This document shows positions 37,610-51,665 of a DNA stretch of 64,000 nucleotides, piece by piece. This DNA comes from Enoplolaimus lenunculus. Its lineage: Eukaryota. A program made the translations under genes and the position numbers. The notes beneath the pieces are model-generated. The model had not been told where the DNA came from. It saw only the letters and a program-made list of their open reading frames with translations, and made no database searches. The DNA is taken from NCBI GenBank assembly GCA_030248215.1, contig JASANG010000932.1, forward strand, positions 124,001 through 188,000, written 5' to 3'. Every line of letters begins with the position of its first letter. Within the stretch, counting starts at the first letter, position 1.

Positions 37610-40600
37610 CAACACCAAACTCACCATAGTCGTTTCATCTTCACTATCATCAAACATCAAAATCATCCTTTGCTTCCTCGTGCGCTGTGGCAGTTTTCGT
37701 CTTGCAACTACTGGGCTATCGTCATCGCTATCGCCTCCACAGTTTTTCACCTTGCCTCCCAAGCCCGGCTTTGTTCCTTGTGCCAAGTTCTCTCCCTTTG
37801 ATACGTTAGTTTCCCCGACACAGCAACGGTCCACCACAGCAGCACTGTTGTCCTTCGGTAAGGCTACCTTTTTCTCTAACAATTTCTTCCTATCAATAAC
37901 ATTTTTCTCACTGCCTTTTGCCTGTGCAACTTTCTGCCCATTTTTCCGCTTTGACTTATCATCGTAAGCTTCTTCAATTGCGATTGCGTCGTTGCTGGTA
38001 TCTCTCATTTGCTTTCCAGTTGACTGCTCTGATTTGGCCGACTTTAATATTTTCTTCTCACCAAAAATAAGTTTCTTTTGAACATTGTTGTTGTGGTTGT
38101 TGTTGTTGTTGTTATTACCCCCAGTATGCAGTGTCGGTATACCAGTGCGCTCGTCCCGCCTCTTGTATAACTGTTCAGCAACCTAAAACTCAAATATTGT
38201 ATTAAATCTAAAAAATCACACTACAGCCGTATTTTGATTTAGATGCCCTTACAGTAGCTCCATCTGCTACATTAGGAAGCAATATGACCCAGCCCACCAG
38301 CACTCGTTTCCATAATACGAATTAAAATTTAAAAAACCATCAGAAAATATTGCAAACCTATCGAATAAATTTTACTGCTATCCAGAAAATATAATTTTAT
38401 TATTAACATCAAACACAAAACTAAATGATGATATCAAGCCCTGGCCTTCTTAAAAAGCAATGCACACCTCGGAAGACAAAACAACGAGCAAAATTTAAGG
38501 CTACTTTCTTGCAGTATAATATTGTGTCCAAAAACGATAATACTATAACCAAGAAGGTAAAATTAGTAGTTACTAGATAATGCTCTGCTACCTTACAAGA
38601 GGCATCCCCAACACACAAAGCGACAACCTCAACGCTTTACAGAGCTGAAACTGTCAAATCCCATACCTTAGGATACATTGGTCGAATCGGTGGTGAAATG
38701 TTCGCGCTAGAATTTCCTAACTCCACTGAGTCTCCGTTAGCGTGAACAATGGCAGCTTTACTCAATTTTTGCACAGACCGCGGCAACTGATTTGGACCAT
38801 TAGGAATTTTGTTGGAACTCCGTCGTTTTGAGCTTGGCTTGCGCTGTGTATCGATATCTGAATACTAAAGATTAATTTTACAACCAGTCGTAATAATCAG
38901 GTTGTAACAAGCTTACAGGTCCAGTGTAAAAACTCGGTATTTTTCACCATCGATTCGGTATTAAATCGAGAATACTTTCGCCTGAATTTTCAGGTATTTT
39001 GGGAATTGAAAAATTTTATTATAAAATTAAAAAAGTGGCATATGCAACTAATTTTCCCAGAGTATGCCCAATTGTGTATTTCCAAATTTTCAATTTGTGT
39101 CTATTTCATACTTAAATTAACCAATCGAACGTTTATAAACATAGAAATAAGGTCAAATCTTAGAATTGCATATTACAGAAGGCAAATTTCACCATTGCAT
39201 ATTACAGAAGGCGAATTTCACATCTGCTAAAGTAGTAGATTGATAAGCATAAAACATTAGAAAAAAGTTTTATGTTGTATCGATACCAGTAACACTTCAC
39301 TTATTGCTTACAAATAAATGATAAGGTAACAGGTATTTTCCACTTTCCAGTTCCGGCTCCGACATTTTCTCTCTTTCTGGTTCCAGTATTTTGTAATGAA
39401 AATAGTTGAAAATCCACCCCTTGTAAAACCGAGCTTACCACTTTCACCAACGGGCGCCAATTTCATTTGCCCAGGGGTCGCCGAAACATCTACACCAACA
39501 GTTGGTGGGACAACATTTTCTGCTGAACCATCGCTAAGCTCCATGTCGATATCTACACCGAGCACAGTTTTAAAATGACTGTCGTTGCCCGAATGCTTCG
39601 GCGCCACAGCTTTATTTCCACCAATTTCCGTTAGAGTAACATCATCACGATCACTGCGACATGACGAACCACTCCCATCTAAAACAACACCGCAAAGAAA
39701 CAAACTGAAACGAATACCCACGCTCCACGGGAAAAGCCAGAATCTAAATTGGCAACTGGTGCCTAAAATACATCAGTCTCTGCTAGAGAGGAACTGGATA
39801 TCAAAACTACTGGAGCTCGATACCTCAATATCGCTACGTACGTAAGTGCATATTTCAACAAAAACTAAAACTAATCACGCCAATTTATTAACTACTGCTG
39901 CTTTGTTATAATTATTTTTCTACAATGGTTCTATAACAATCGCGTTCCTTGCTTTATTTATTTCTGTCTTTTAGAACAAAAATACTGCAAAACTATACGT
40001 AATTTATCGAACTCCGTTCTGTACTCACAGAAAGCTCTGCCCCAAACCACAATATCAAAAATCCACATGTTAGCGTGGTAACTAACCTGCAAAATCGGCC
40101 ATTGCTACGTCCAACAAGTTCGGCGACTCCAGTACGTCTCCACTATCTATAGCTTCGACCCTTTGCAACGATCTCGCTCTAGTCTTTCGCATATTTGCCG
40201 CCATAACAATCGAATCATTCAAACCTGACCCTTGGGATGCCGAAGGGCAGCCCATCGCTCCAGGAGGCAGCGTAAACAAACTCGACCTACGCCTCGACCG
40301 TCTACTGTCACTGCCCCCAGTCCCATCAAGTCCACCCTGCCCACTGGCCTTTACCTGACTAGCCGGTCTATTGCTACCCACTAAAGCGACCGCTCCACTC
40401 TCCCTAGTAGTCGTCGCCGTCGACTTTCGTGATTTCGACCTCGACCCTCGTGCCATCGTCACACCACCAGTAGTACCACTACTATTCTGACGCCGACGAC
40501 TTCTTGTGACCGCCGCAACAGCAACCGACGATTTCCTATCGCCACCGTCATGGCTGTTGTTGAATCTGTCGCCACCGTCTCCGTCATCTAGACGTCGATC

Positions 40601-42581
40601 GTTGCCACCAACAACGTCTCCATCTCCATCTACATCACAGTCACCGTCGCAGACCACCGAGTCTTTCGACTCAACTGATGATGTCTCTTCTGACAGGCGT
40701 CCGAGTTGCCACTGACCATCATACAACTCGTCGCCAATCTCCAGGTCATTGCCGGCGACATATTCATCCTCTTCCTCATCATCAACAAACATTAACGGAG
40801 CAGCAACAACTACATCATCGCTGCCACCATCGATACCCTCCTTAACTGGCTCACGATTCTCATATGCATAGCTGTCACCCTCACCGCCTGTAGCAGGGAT
40901 GTAATATTGGATGTCTTCACCGTTTTGTAATTGTGGCTGTTGTTGATATCGTTGCCGTAGCGCGTTGATATCTAATCGCGATTGCATTTGGCGAGACTTT
41001 TGCAGTAACGCTCTAAATCACAGTTATAAAAGGCGAGGAACAGAATGTAAAGCCGAAGGCACACATTTTAAAACATAACACCTAATTTGAAAACTTTGGT
41101 AAAATATATACAACTCAAATATAATTTAGCTAAACTGGCTAAGACCGTGAAATTTTAGGAGTAAAATCATAGTGAATTTGGGTTAGCCAATTCCAATTTT
41201 AGGAGTAAAATCATAACATAAATTGAAACATGTAAGGCTCAGGTTTGTTTTTGATACTACATATAGCTAATTGAAAAAGCGTAGTTAAACAAATTAATTT
41301 TAATCCAGTAAAATCCGACATTTTTGAAATCGGGATCCGGTATTTTTCACCGCATTTTAGGGTCCTTGGTGTGAATAACGTGGACATTTAAATCATGCTT
41401 AAACCACTCAGTAAAAGCAGGATGCTAGCGATTCCGAATCCAGTAGTATACGTATTGTACGGCTACCGTATCCTGTATTTCGCCATTCGGTAGCACTCTG
41501 ACATACGTATATATTTACAAAATTTACTGGTCTACTCTTACGCTGGTTGCGTCTTGACAGTAACTTCTCTAGACGCCGTAGTACTTCCTCTACCAATGCC
41601 AGACTGCCGTGGTTCACAAACGTCACCCCGCAACGGAGTGTATTCATCACCAGCAATCGATGAATCTCTTGTTTCCTGACAGAGCGCCTTGAGATGGGCC
41701 AAATAAGCGGAGCATTGCGACATTTGGTCACATATCGCATCAACATGACTGTTCATTTCGAATTTAAGTTCCTGTAAAATGCAAAACTCAGAAGAACTAA
41801 ATAAGCGTGATTAATGCTTACTTTTTATACGAAATATGCACTCACAACCCAGCTCTACAAATTTAAACAAAAATATGAATTTCCATGCTTAAAACAGCTT
41901 GAGAGTTTATAGCGCTTCTTGCAAATTACGTACATATGCAAAAATTTAAAAAACATTGAAATCAACGATTAAAATTTGTTTATGATCCGAAAACAACTAC
42001 CTTATGTCTCTGCAAAAAAGCTTCTTCTATGGGTGTTGAACGCTGGCAATGGGCAACTTTCGCACTTAACTCGGCGTTTTCTGCTTGCAACGCCACGTAG
42101 GCATCTGAAATTCGTTTGATTTCCATTCGCGCTTCTGCCAAAGCACGAGCAAGATTTTGATTATTTTCAGACAAAGCAATTGTGTTCGCATCTAAAAACC
42201 AATGATAACATGTCGTATTATTGCTTCAAATTGCACGAAAATCAACTTAAAGTAGAAGCATTGGTAAAAACTAAACCACCAGCTGGGTTTTCTGCAGTGC
42301 TACCGAAAATGTCAAAATAAACACTCAACCAGATAACAAAAATTAAGCCTAGATACTTTGTGATCTATACTTGATAAAATTGTCCTGTTATGATCGCCGT
42401 ATAATTTATCCCAACAACAATCATTTTCCCATTCTTAGCGCCCTTAACCAAACCCACTACCTCGTTTTTTCGCAAACGATTTCATCAACGACTTATTTGC
42501 AATTTTGCGATACGAACGAGTGAGTTTTGCATTACGCTTTCGTGGTTTTCGCGATGACCCGCTTACCAGTTTGTACACCGC
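35284..42581 (-). CDS. SGO1: Shugoshin-family protein, 5' end unresolved; exons 42581-42461, 42191-42001, 41771-41542, 41012-40087, 39678-39439, 38857-38667, 38182-37625, 37043-35839, 35618-35514, 35305-35284
   Basis: N-terminal coiled coil LSENNQNLARALAEARMEIKRI resembles the shugoshin PP2A-binding coil. The C-terminus carries the basic SGO motif RSRRAAAGVSYKEPPLKMKMRRKD*. Ten GT-AG exons sum to 3789 nt in frame. A further exon at 43201-43151 is possible; the start ATG was not identified with certainty. Confidence 0.85.
37497..37609. repeat. (TAA)n microsatellite in shugoshin intron
   Basis: Imperfect TAA run. Confidence 0.9.
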
Positions 42582-43696
42582 CTGAAACATTTAAAAGTTA
42601 ACGAAAGTGACTTTGCCCATATACCTATTGCACAAATTACCAATCGAAATATCACGTAAACCATTTTCTCGAATGAGAAGGAAAGGCGATTATAAACTCA
42701 AATTTTGCTTTATATATCCACACTAGAGATATCCTGGGGCCATACGGTACGTACCATGTAGGACGGTATTAGAAAAACAATGTCCTCTGACACAATTTAG
42801 CCAGAATCCGAACGCAGCACAGTAAGTTTATTACGTCAGTATTTAACCGAAAATCCTGTTCCGGCCGAAATTCCTGCAAAAATTTAATTCGTGTTCCTTA
42901 TCCTGTTCCGTATTCAAAGTTGCGGGAACCGGAATTTTTACGGTTTTGTTGCAAATTATACATATTTCTAATCATTTAAGTATTGGAAACTCTGTCTTTG
43001 AAAAATTGTTATTTCGACATGAGTGTTTTTGCAATTACTTCAATTTTGTGAATAAACGGTTTCTATTCCATTTTCATAAAACTTGAAGTTGGGTCCCGGG
43101 ACATATCTAATCCACACTTGCCAGAACGACTAAAAATACTTGTTGTGTACCTTTTGTTTAGGCTCTCCGCAGCTTTCACTGTTACTTTCATTTTTGGAAC
43201 TCTAAAATATATGTTAAATATATCAGGGTGCGACGGGATATTCGGATACGGCATAAAATGCACATTCGGCTCCGGATTTTTAAACTTCAAAAAAATTTAT
43301 ACCATCGTTTTTATTTATGCCAAGTACAATACTATGAAAATTCAAAGATTCATAGCGAAATTTTTCTCAGCAGGCATTTTACTTGCTTCAACAATATTAA
43401 CTTCTTTACACAGGTCTACCAGTATTTGCTGAATCCTCGACTTCTAGTGTCGGTTCCGAACCACCGGGTCTCAAGAAACTGACACCTGCTAAATACCGAG
43501 ACTTGCCGAGACTGAAAACGAGCGAGACTCCTATCTCTGACCTTAGCCACGTCTGTTGGTTGTTAGTGCTAAAAGTGCATCGGCGTGATATGTTAAACTT
43601 TGTCACGTAAACACTTTGCGTACCTTAAGCCACAGAAGGAAGAATTGTAAGCTTCGTTCTGATATTTGAACTCATCTAGTATTAGATTTGAATTCA

Positions 43697-43781
43697 TTAC
43701 CCGGCTCCGGCCGGATTAGATTATCCGGCTCCGGCCGGATGTTAGATTATCCGGCTCCGGCCGGATGTTAGATTATCCGGC
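43697..43781. repeat. 26-bp tandem repeat (TTAGATTATCCGGCTCCGGCCGGATG), about 3 copies
   Basis: Direct inspection. Confidence 0.85.
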
Positions 43782-43843
43782 GCTTTAAGTCACACATATG
43801 TATGTCTAATAATGATTTCAAAGGAAAGGAAAATAATGTTGAA

Positions 43844-44075
43844 TGTCAGTTTAGGTAGGAACCGGGACTTCAGACCTTTTTAAGTAAACAGCTGGAAAAG
43901 CAGGAAAAGCGGGGAACGAACTTCAAGCCTGTACCACTGCGCCACCTAGCCCGCCCTCTAACTACTTTTCGGAGATTATATATGTCGACTGTATGCTGCG
44001 TGCACGCACACTACACATGTGTTTGCATAACTGATTAACTGCATATGTATGAGGACAAGCATGCCTCACATGTTT
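43844..44075 (-). repeat. Dispersed copy of the tRNA-module repeat
   Basis: On the + strand: TGTCAGTTTAGGTAGGAACCGGGACTTCAGACC and CCACTGCGCCA, the reverse complements of the family tail and A-box. Confidence 0.75.
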
Positions 44076-46224
44076 TAACCACTATACCACTAGCTGATGA
44101 TACCACAAGACCATGGTGCAACCAGAACAGTTTACCGGAACCGGAATTTGAAAAACTACCGGAACCGGAAAATGAACATGACACCGAAAAATTCACATTA
44201 ATGTTCTTTTTTGTAGTATTATTTGTGAAATAACCCTAGTTAGAGATAGGTATTCACTTTTCGTGCTGTATTTTTGATTTTCATAATCCACGGAAGTGAA
44301 ATCTACCTTCGTGGTTTATTTTGGGTGATTGTCAAGGTGGTGGGGGCGCATGGCATCATCAGGGGCAACCGGAATTCCGGTCCGGTCCGGCCGGCATTCT
44401 CCGTCGGTCGAAAATTTTACGGGATAAAAACTCCGGATAAGCCGCTCTACAAGAACCACCACACCAAAGCCAGCGAGAGAAACAAAACAGCAAAAAAAAA
44501 ATACCAGTAGATACAACAAAAAAAAAAAAAAAAGAAAAATGAATCATTTTTCCCCACCAAACTCCCCCCCCCTATCTATCCCAACATTCCGCACCTGAGG
44601 GCATATCTTTGCATCGGGGCAAGGGCTACATGGCGCATCGAACACGTGACCCCTCATATGCAAGCCAGAAATGCTAACAATACACCGTACGACATTAGCT
44701 AGTTCGTGATATTATAAGAAGACCAATCTCACCATCATATTATGTCACGTTCTTTCAGCAAACATAAATTGCACATTAAGTTCAACTTACAAAAAATTTA
44801 TACTGGCTATGATTTGAAGACTGGTCGTTCATATTTGACTGACATACACTTATATAAAATCTGCGAAGTGCGAAATTAAGATTTTCTTTCTAAATTAAAC
44901 ACCTGTCGGGTATTGCACGATGGAATACCCGAATACATAGCATACAAATAAAAATGTCAACACGTAGTACATATTGCATAGCAGGTGTGCAATACATAGC
45001 ACAGTACACTAGCAAAACAACGCCTATAACAGTTAGCACAAGTAGTTGAAGCAGTGCCGCGATACCTCATTTGGTAAAAGCCCTGGCCCGGTTAATCGTG
45101 TGATAAGTTGGGTGCGCAAGCTCACAATCAACTGCTAGTTTTTCTGTTTTTATGCCTTACAAGAACCTCAACATACACATGCATCTTGGTTCTTCAATGT
45201 TTTTACCGCTTCTGCATATGAAGACACTACATACGCATTAACGTGTTACCGATGTGCAGCATTAGCATGGTTTCATTTTGCCTCCATGCATCCGCATGTA
45301 ACAAGTCAAATGTCGCTAGTTCGAATCCAGCCGTGGCGATTTGTGTCACCTACTTCGCACTAACACACCACTTACATACATTGCCCTTAACGTAAACCCA
45401 GCAGCATATAATTTCAACAATTCACTACTTCAAATGAGTGCATCCTAGCTATGTCACTAACCATAGTAAAAAGGTTTCGTATGCGCATCACTGGGAAACA
45501 ACAAACACCAAATCACGCTCAAATGTGACTTCCTATGATCAAAACATCGAACAAAAATAATTAAGGTTTACAAGCTCTATTAGAGTGTGTTGAGCTGAAT
45601 CAAAATAAACCTATCCTGTCAGACTCAGTTGTGTTGACTTCCTGCTGTGGATAGAGCTTCGATGTTCTTGAAATAATCACGCTGACAAAGCCGCTTAACT
45701 ATTCGTATGCCAAATCGTAACCGAAACTCATGCTTTAATTTAAAACTGTAATGTGAGTTGGTTTCGCAGCCGAAGCTCGCAGTACCAGGTGTTGTTAAAA
45801 ACGGAAGTCATGAAATCTATCGCGAGCCGAGACAACTCCCTATGACAAACACTCTAGAATACTCAACCAATTTTCAATCGATACTTTGATACCGTTTTAG
45901 TTCCCGTTTTCTGATATATATTATAGGCAAAGGGCATAAATGATACATATGTCAAATTGCGAAAGACTGTCACGAAACTTGACAAGGCGTACTTTTCTCA
46001 AGTCAAAAAACCGAGGTTTAGTGGTAAAAATAGTCTGTATTGCTTTGTTGGAGAATATTAAACGGCAACATGCTTTTATTAAATGAAGTTTCATTTAACC
46101 AAACACTTACTTTGTACGTAGGGATACTGAACCAGTAAAGAGTTGTCCTCGTCTTGAGACTCTCTTCTGTTACCCAAATAGAGACTGTTTGCTTACAGAG
46201 TCCATAATTCTCAGCTGAGTCCAA

Positions 46225-46384
46225 GGCCCGTATTCGGCTCAGCTTGCTAGAGGGTTAAAAAATTTTCTGGAGAGGCATACAAGGGTTTCCATTGAGTTTA
46301 CAATCAAAGTTGAATATTTTCCAGGGGGCCACATTATTCCAGGCAGGGCTGAGCCCCTCTGGGCCCCCCTTTGGCTGCGGACCC
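46225..46384. mobile_element. Short GC-ended MITE
   Basis: GGCCCGTA...GCTGCGGACC; closely similar copy at about 63645-63814; related remnants near 12325-12477 and 59725-59890. Confidence 0.55.
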
Positions 46385-46672
46385 ACAGAGTCCGCAAAAG
46401 ACACCAAAACAGAAGAACATTATAAATCCTGAAAATACTTAAACAGACATGGCAACCAATGAAATGCTGCGGAGCAAGTTAACCCTGTCCAGTAGAAAGA
46501 ATATGCAAAAGAAGGGTTTTGCGTCCAATTAAATTGGGTTAAATTACAAAAAAATATTAACTGTCCCTATAAAATACCTTCGGATTCAGAAATCCTATTG
46601 GTTCCCTACAGAGGTACACTCTAGTGAAGGAAATCAAATATCAGTTCCCCTCGGGTCGCTATATATACAGTA

Positions 46673-46830
46673 CACTGAAAAAATGGTGAGTCTAATTGAC
46701 TCTCTCCGAAATGGGCTTTTGATGGACTACACAAACTGAGTCAAATTCAACTCCACCAGATTCAAATTCGACTCATCCGAGTCGCTCAGTGAGTCGAGAG
46801 GGTCAATTTGACTCACCATTGTTTGCAGTG
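46673..46830. mobile_element. Palindromic CACTG-terminal MITE (TGAGTCAAATT family), internally deleted
   Basis: TA|CACTGAAAAAATGGTGAGTC...GACTCACCATTGTTTGCAGTG|TA. Confidence 0.75.
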
Positions 46831-48096
46831 TAGGGACATAAAAAATTTTAATGGTTTTTGTTTTAACCGGTTTGAATTAATAATGCATATGATGGTTACT
46901 AGCGTTTCTGATATATTGAGATAGATAAAGTATGATTCGATATAAAGTTTTCTTTACTTGGTCATGCATGCCATAATTTTATATTTTTATGGTATAAGCG
47001 GTATTCCTTACCACACTGTGAATTTCAATGAGTTGACTAATCAACTGCAGACGAGATATAGTTATTTCTGGTTATTTCTGATTGTATAACAGTAACTTAC
47101 TCTGACAGACAATGTTTGGAATATCGTATGATATTGTAGTACAAACAGTTGTAGATGTCACATCAAGATAGCAGACAATTCAAATTTTTTGAATTTGATA
47201 GCCAATAAACTTGTAGACAAAATGTTACCCGCTGTTGTAATAGGAACAAAACGAGTTCCCCGCTCCCCAGTATACGGAACTCCAAGACCTGGGACCCCTC
47301 TGCGCTAAACACCGACAGCGCAACCCGACCAACACCACCCCCGCCCAGCCACCAAACTATCAACAAATTACAATACAAATGCTTACAAAACAACCCTGAG
47401 TAAGACTATTGTACACCTTTGTGCTAGCTAGGTGGAATATTTGTTATTTTAACAACAGTAACAAAATGTCCGCTATAGTGTTGCATCAATACACACTCAT
47501 GTCCACATATATAACTATACGATAGGATGTTGGGTGTGCAGAGTGCACGTATTATAACGTGTGACAGACATTAAACGCTTGAGCGATAATGCAAGGTTAT
47601 AGTTAGGAATGTACTTTAAAAATTTAAGTAAACTTTAAAGTAACTCAAATTATTAGGTCCTGGAGTCATTATGCGCTACAATTAGGGATAATTGGAATTT
47701 ATGGACTCTAATTAGGGTTCAGGAACTCTATCCGCTTACGGACTCTTATTAGGCATACGGACTCCTACTGATTGAGACTCAAAATGGGGACCCCCTCTTC
47801 GGGTCAATACAGTAGTCAATTCGACACTTGATGGATTCGACTTGAACTTTTTAAAGTTTATCAGTGTATAGATTGCAGAGACATGCCTTAAGTTGACCTC
47901 TGAGTTAAAGTCGATTTTGGACTTAAGTTATCACTTAATTAACTTGTCAGGTCCAAATTTTTGACAAATTAGCGGTTCCTCGAGCTGTCAGCTGTTCTGT
48001 TACAAATTTATCACTGGTATCTCAGAATTAGCCAATACTTATACACCAGAGGTAAATTGAAATTGATGTATAAAACCGCTGACTTAATTCCAAGCT

Positions 48097-48349
48097 CACT
48101 GTAATTTTCAGTGAGTTGATTTTAACTCAAAATGAGTTGAATCCACTCAGTCTCAGTTAGGACTATCAGAACTCAGAATTTTGAGTTGATTCAATTCATT
48201 CTGAGTTAATAGAGCAACTCCCCCGGAGTCAATTCAACTTACAGTGATAATCAAATCAACTCAGAGTGAGTTAAAGTTTACTGTTATTTACTCAGAAATA
48301 ACTAACTTTCAGTCTGAGTGGATTAATTAACTCATTGGAATTTACAGTG
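48097..48349. mobile_element. CMC-like MITE, about 250 bp, CACTGTAAATT TIR, 2-bp TSD
   Basis: CT|CACTGTAATTTTCAGTGAGTT...AACTCATTGGAATTTACAGTG|CT. Other copies at 50742-50995 (TSD TG), 51416-51665, 61211-61468, 62072-62319 and a short one at 50477-50624. Confidence 0.8.
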
Positions 48350-48864
48350 CTGTAAAAAGCTAAAAACAAATTTACTGACGTAATAGCTGAGCTGGCATCT
48401 GATTTGTCAAGTTTCTGCAACTCAGCCATTTTTATTAAGCGTCCTCTTTAGTCTAAGGCTGAGTCTGTTTTGGTTTGCACGACTGCATTTTATTTTAAGA
48501 TTTTCAGATTCGTTTCTATATTATTATTTAAAGAATAATTTAGTCTCGCAGAAGTCTATATACATAGGTGTGCCCCTCGCGGACAATTTCTCAACAAGAT
48601 CATTAATCTACACTGCAAAAAATGGTGAGTCAAATTGAGTCTCCGAAATAGGCTCTACCTGATTACATAAATTGAGTCCACGCTGGCGGAGTCGAGTTTG
48701 ATTCAGTTTGTGTTGTCCCGAAAAACCTATTTCAGAGAGAGTCAATTTGCTCAACATTTTTGCTCTGTTATAGTCTGAGCGAAGCATAGTTGATCATACA
48801 TGTACTAGACAGGGGCGTACCGAGACGAAAGGGTTTTAGGACTGGTCCCTAATTTCTATCCATA

Positions 48865-49315
48865 TTGTAGTGACCCGAATAAGAGGGGGGACTGATATAT
48901 ATTTGGCCTCTCCAGATGGTACTCCCCTTGTTATTTGGTTAATACGGACTCTTATTTATTTTTATCCCGCCCTTCGCCGTCCTTCGTTACTGATATATAT
49001 TCGGTATTGCAGCTATCCGTTGAATTAAACGTTTTTTGCCTTGCATCAAAAGCTTGAGCGATAATGCAAGGTTATACTTTGGAATGTCGTTTTCAAAACA
49101 TAAGTACGCTTTAAGTTTCGAACTCAACTTTATTCGGTCCGGGAATCATTTATGTGCCACAATTACGGAAAATTGTCGTTTATGGACTGTAATTAAGGTT
49201 TAGGTACTCTATCCGCTTACGGACTCTTATCAGGGATACGGACTCCTATTGATCGGGACTCAGAATGGGGACCGCCCTCTTATTACCCCTCCCCCTCTTA
49301 TTCTGGTCAATACAG
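48865..49315. mobile_element. TA-flanked MITE of about 450 bp (same family as 60257-60697)
   Basis: Collinear body including GGACTCTATCCGCTTACGGACTCTTAT-like repeats; ends TACAG|TA. Confidence 0.72.
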
Positions 49316-49507
49316 TAAGTTATATATCATCAAATTATATTCTTTGGTATTCTATTGTTATCAGACAGTGTCATTTTTGTGCCGTTCAAACGACATTAAG
49401 TTTTAGATATGTTTAAAATATATAAAAAATCCAAAGTCGTAAAGTATATGCTATGGTTCAGTTTTGGTACCCACTTAATGTGTAATGGCTGGATATAAAA
49501 AGTTTAT

Positions 49508-49529
49508 CATTATTATTATATTATTCTTC

Positions 49530-49569
<40 letters not shown>
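49508..49569. repeat. (TAT)n microsatellite
   Basis: Direct inspection. Confidence 0.9.
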
Positions 49570-50160
49570 TAGGAAGCAGCTTAATTAACAGCTTGCGAGC
49601 GTCACATGTAAGGTTCATAGCAACGATACAAAATTTGAGGGAAGCGGTGACGAAAAAAGCATCTAAAATATTGACTTTTGAAATATATTTGACCTCAAAG
49701 GATACGGCATTCTACCTGTAAAATTAAATAGATTTCAACCGAAAGGGTACGCGGTATCTTTGAGCTCATTCGGGTACCCCCCTGTAAGAATTTACATCGA
49801 AAACTTCGACACGACACATTTCTTACGAGCTAGACGTACAGTGATCAGGAAAGGCTTTTTAGCTTTTATGAGACAATATAAATGTCATTCGCGTATAGCG
49901 AATCTAATTTCCTATTAACATTAGCTACCAGAACTTATAGACATCTCAGTAAAAGTTATTCGTAGTTGTTGAAAATATTCAAAAAATTTGTTTCAAAGCC
50001 AAACCAAACTTATTAATTCACGTAAAACTGAAGACGTGAACTTTGCTATAAATATTGTCTGTTTTAATGGACAGATTTTGAGTTTTTCGAACATTTTTTC
50101 AAATTTAATTTTCTACGAGTTTATTTATGAATGTGGGTTGTAGTTATTATTAATAAAATA

Positions 50161-50375
50161 CACTGCACAAAAATCGTGAGTCAAATTGACTTTCTCCGAA
50201 ATAGGCTTTTCAGGACGACACAAACTGTGAGTCCAATTCGACTCCGCCAGAATCAAACGTGCGCGACTCAGTGAATCGAATTTGACTCTGGCGGAGTCGA
50301 TTGTTGACTCAATTTCTGTAGTCTCGTATAGCCTATTGCGGAGACAATCAATTTGACTCGCCATTTTTTGCTGTG
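50161..50375. mobile_element. Palindromic CACTG-terminal MITE (TGAGTCAAATT family)
   Basis: TA|CACTGCACAAAAATCGTGAGTCAAATTGAC...ATTTGACTCGCCATTTTTTGCTGTG|TA. Confidence 0.75.
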
Positions 50376-50741
50376 TATCAAAATTTAAATAGCATTTTCC
50401 AAAACGTTTTTGTATTTTAAAAAGCGGAAAAGCACCGGAATGAATAGCGGGTGCAACAAAATGTTATTTTTATGTTCGCTGTAAAATTGCAGTGAGTGGA
50501 ATCAACTCAGAGAACGGATTAGTCGTTTGTAATTATTTCTGAATTTATCAAAATAAATATATATTAACTCACTCTGAGTTGTTACTCATTCTGAATTAAA
50601 ATCAATTCACTGGAATTTACAGTGTGGATGTGGATAGGATAAAACAAATGCGTTTCGTATCAAAACGAAACACGTTTTCATATTTTAGATACAATTTTTG
50701 GATAATCGAGGGTAAAGTAATCAAATCAACCCGTTTCATTG

Positions 50742-50995
50742 CACTGTAAATCTCAATGAGTTGATTATAACTCAGAATCAGTTGAATCTGTCAGTCTAAG
50801 TTTAGGACTGTGAGAACTCAGAATTCTGAGTCAATAAAACTCATTTTAATTATTCATCTTACGTGGAATCAACTCATCTCAGAATAAGCATCAACTCAAC
50901 TCAGAGTGAATTAATGTTTACAGTATAATATCATAGCTGAAAAATAACTAATTTTTTAGCTGAATTGATTAATCAACTCGCTGGAATTTACAGTG
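50742..50995. mobile_element. CMC-like MITE, CACTGTAAAT TIR
   Basis: TG|CACTGTAAAT...ATTTACAGTG|TG. Confidence 0.8.
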
Positions 50996-51415
50996 TGCAA
51001 CTTTTCAAGAAGTATTTAGTTTTAAAAAGATGTCGGTTTTTGCACAACGCCAAGTATATATTATAATTGTCAGTTGGATGAAATTAATATTCATAAACGC
51101 CAGCCTGTAAGCCGTCTGACGCTTTGAGATCTTCAGATTTCTAAAATGGTTCACTCCTGAATTCAAACGACAATATTCCTTTTTAGGCAGTCACCGCTTT
51201 TTATTGACTATTGGATCTTTTAGACGGTGGGTCGCATTATGGGCTGCGACCTTCAGATTTTGTTTCAGACTGGTTCTCTATAGTACTGGAGATATTAATT
51301 TAGTTTCAGAATAATATACATTGCGCAGTCAGGATTTGATCACAAGACCAGCCCAGAAAAAAACAGGCCGGCAGCAGAAGAAAAAGCAATCCCCACCCCA
51401 ACCAACCCAACCAAA

Positions 51416-51665
51416 CACTGTAAATTTCAATCAGTTGATTAATTAACTCAGAGTGAGAATTATTATTTCTGGTTATTTCTGAGTTAATAACAGCAAATAA
51501 TAAGTCAGTTTGAGCTGATTTAATTCTGGGTGAATTGATTAATTAACTCATAATGAGTTCAGTCAATTCAGAATGGTGAGTTCTGAAAGTCCTAATTCAG
51601 AGCTCAGGCTTCCGAGTGGATTCAACTCACTCTGAGTTAAAATCAACTCACTGGAATTTTCAGTG
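51416..51665. mobile_element. CMC-like MITE, CACTGTAAAT TIR
   Basis: Same TIR and body as 48097-48349, opposite orientation. Confidence 0.75.

Noticed and set aside
36013..40715. Plus-strand ORFs antisense to shugoshin exons
   Set aside because: Shadow ORFs of the long minus-strand coding exons.
44335..44600. Purine/homopolymer-rich odd segments (also about 47240-47400, 51356-51415, 58850-59080)
   Set aside because: They look like garbled versions of neighbouring repeats, one beside a 26-bp duplication (51330/51666); probably low-quality assembly or read noise.
45300..45340. GCTAGTTCGAATCCAGC T-arm/B-box motif
   Set aside because: No matching D-arm or acceptor stem; at most a decayed tRNA-derived fragment.
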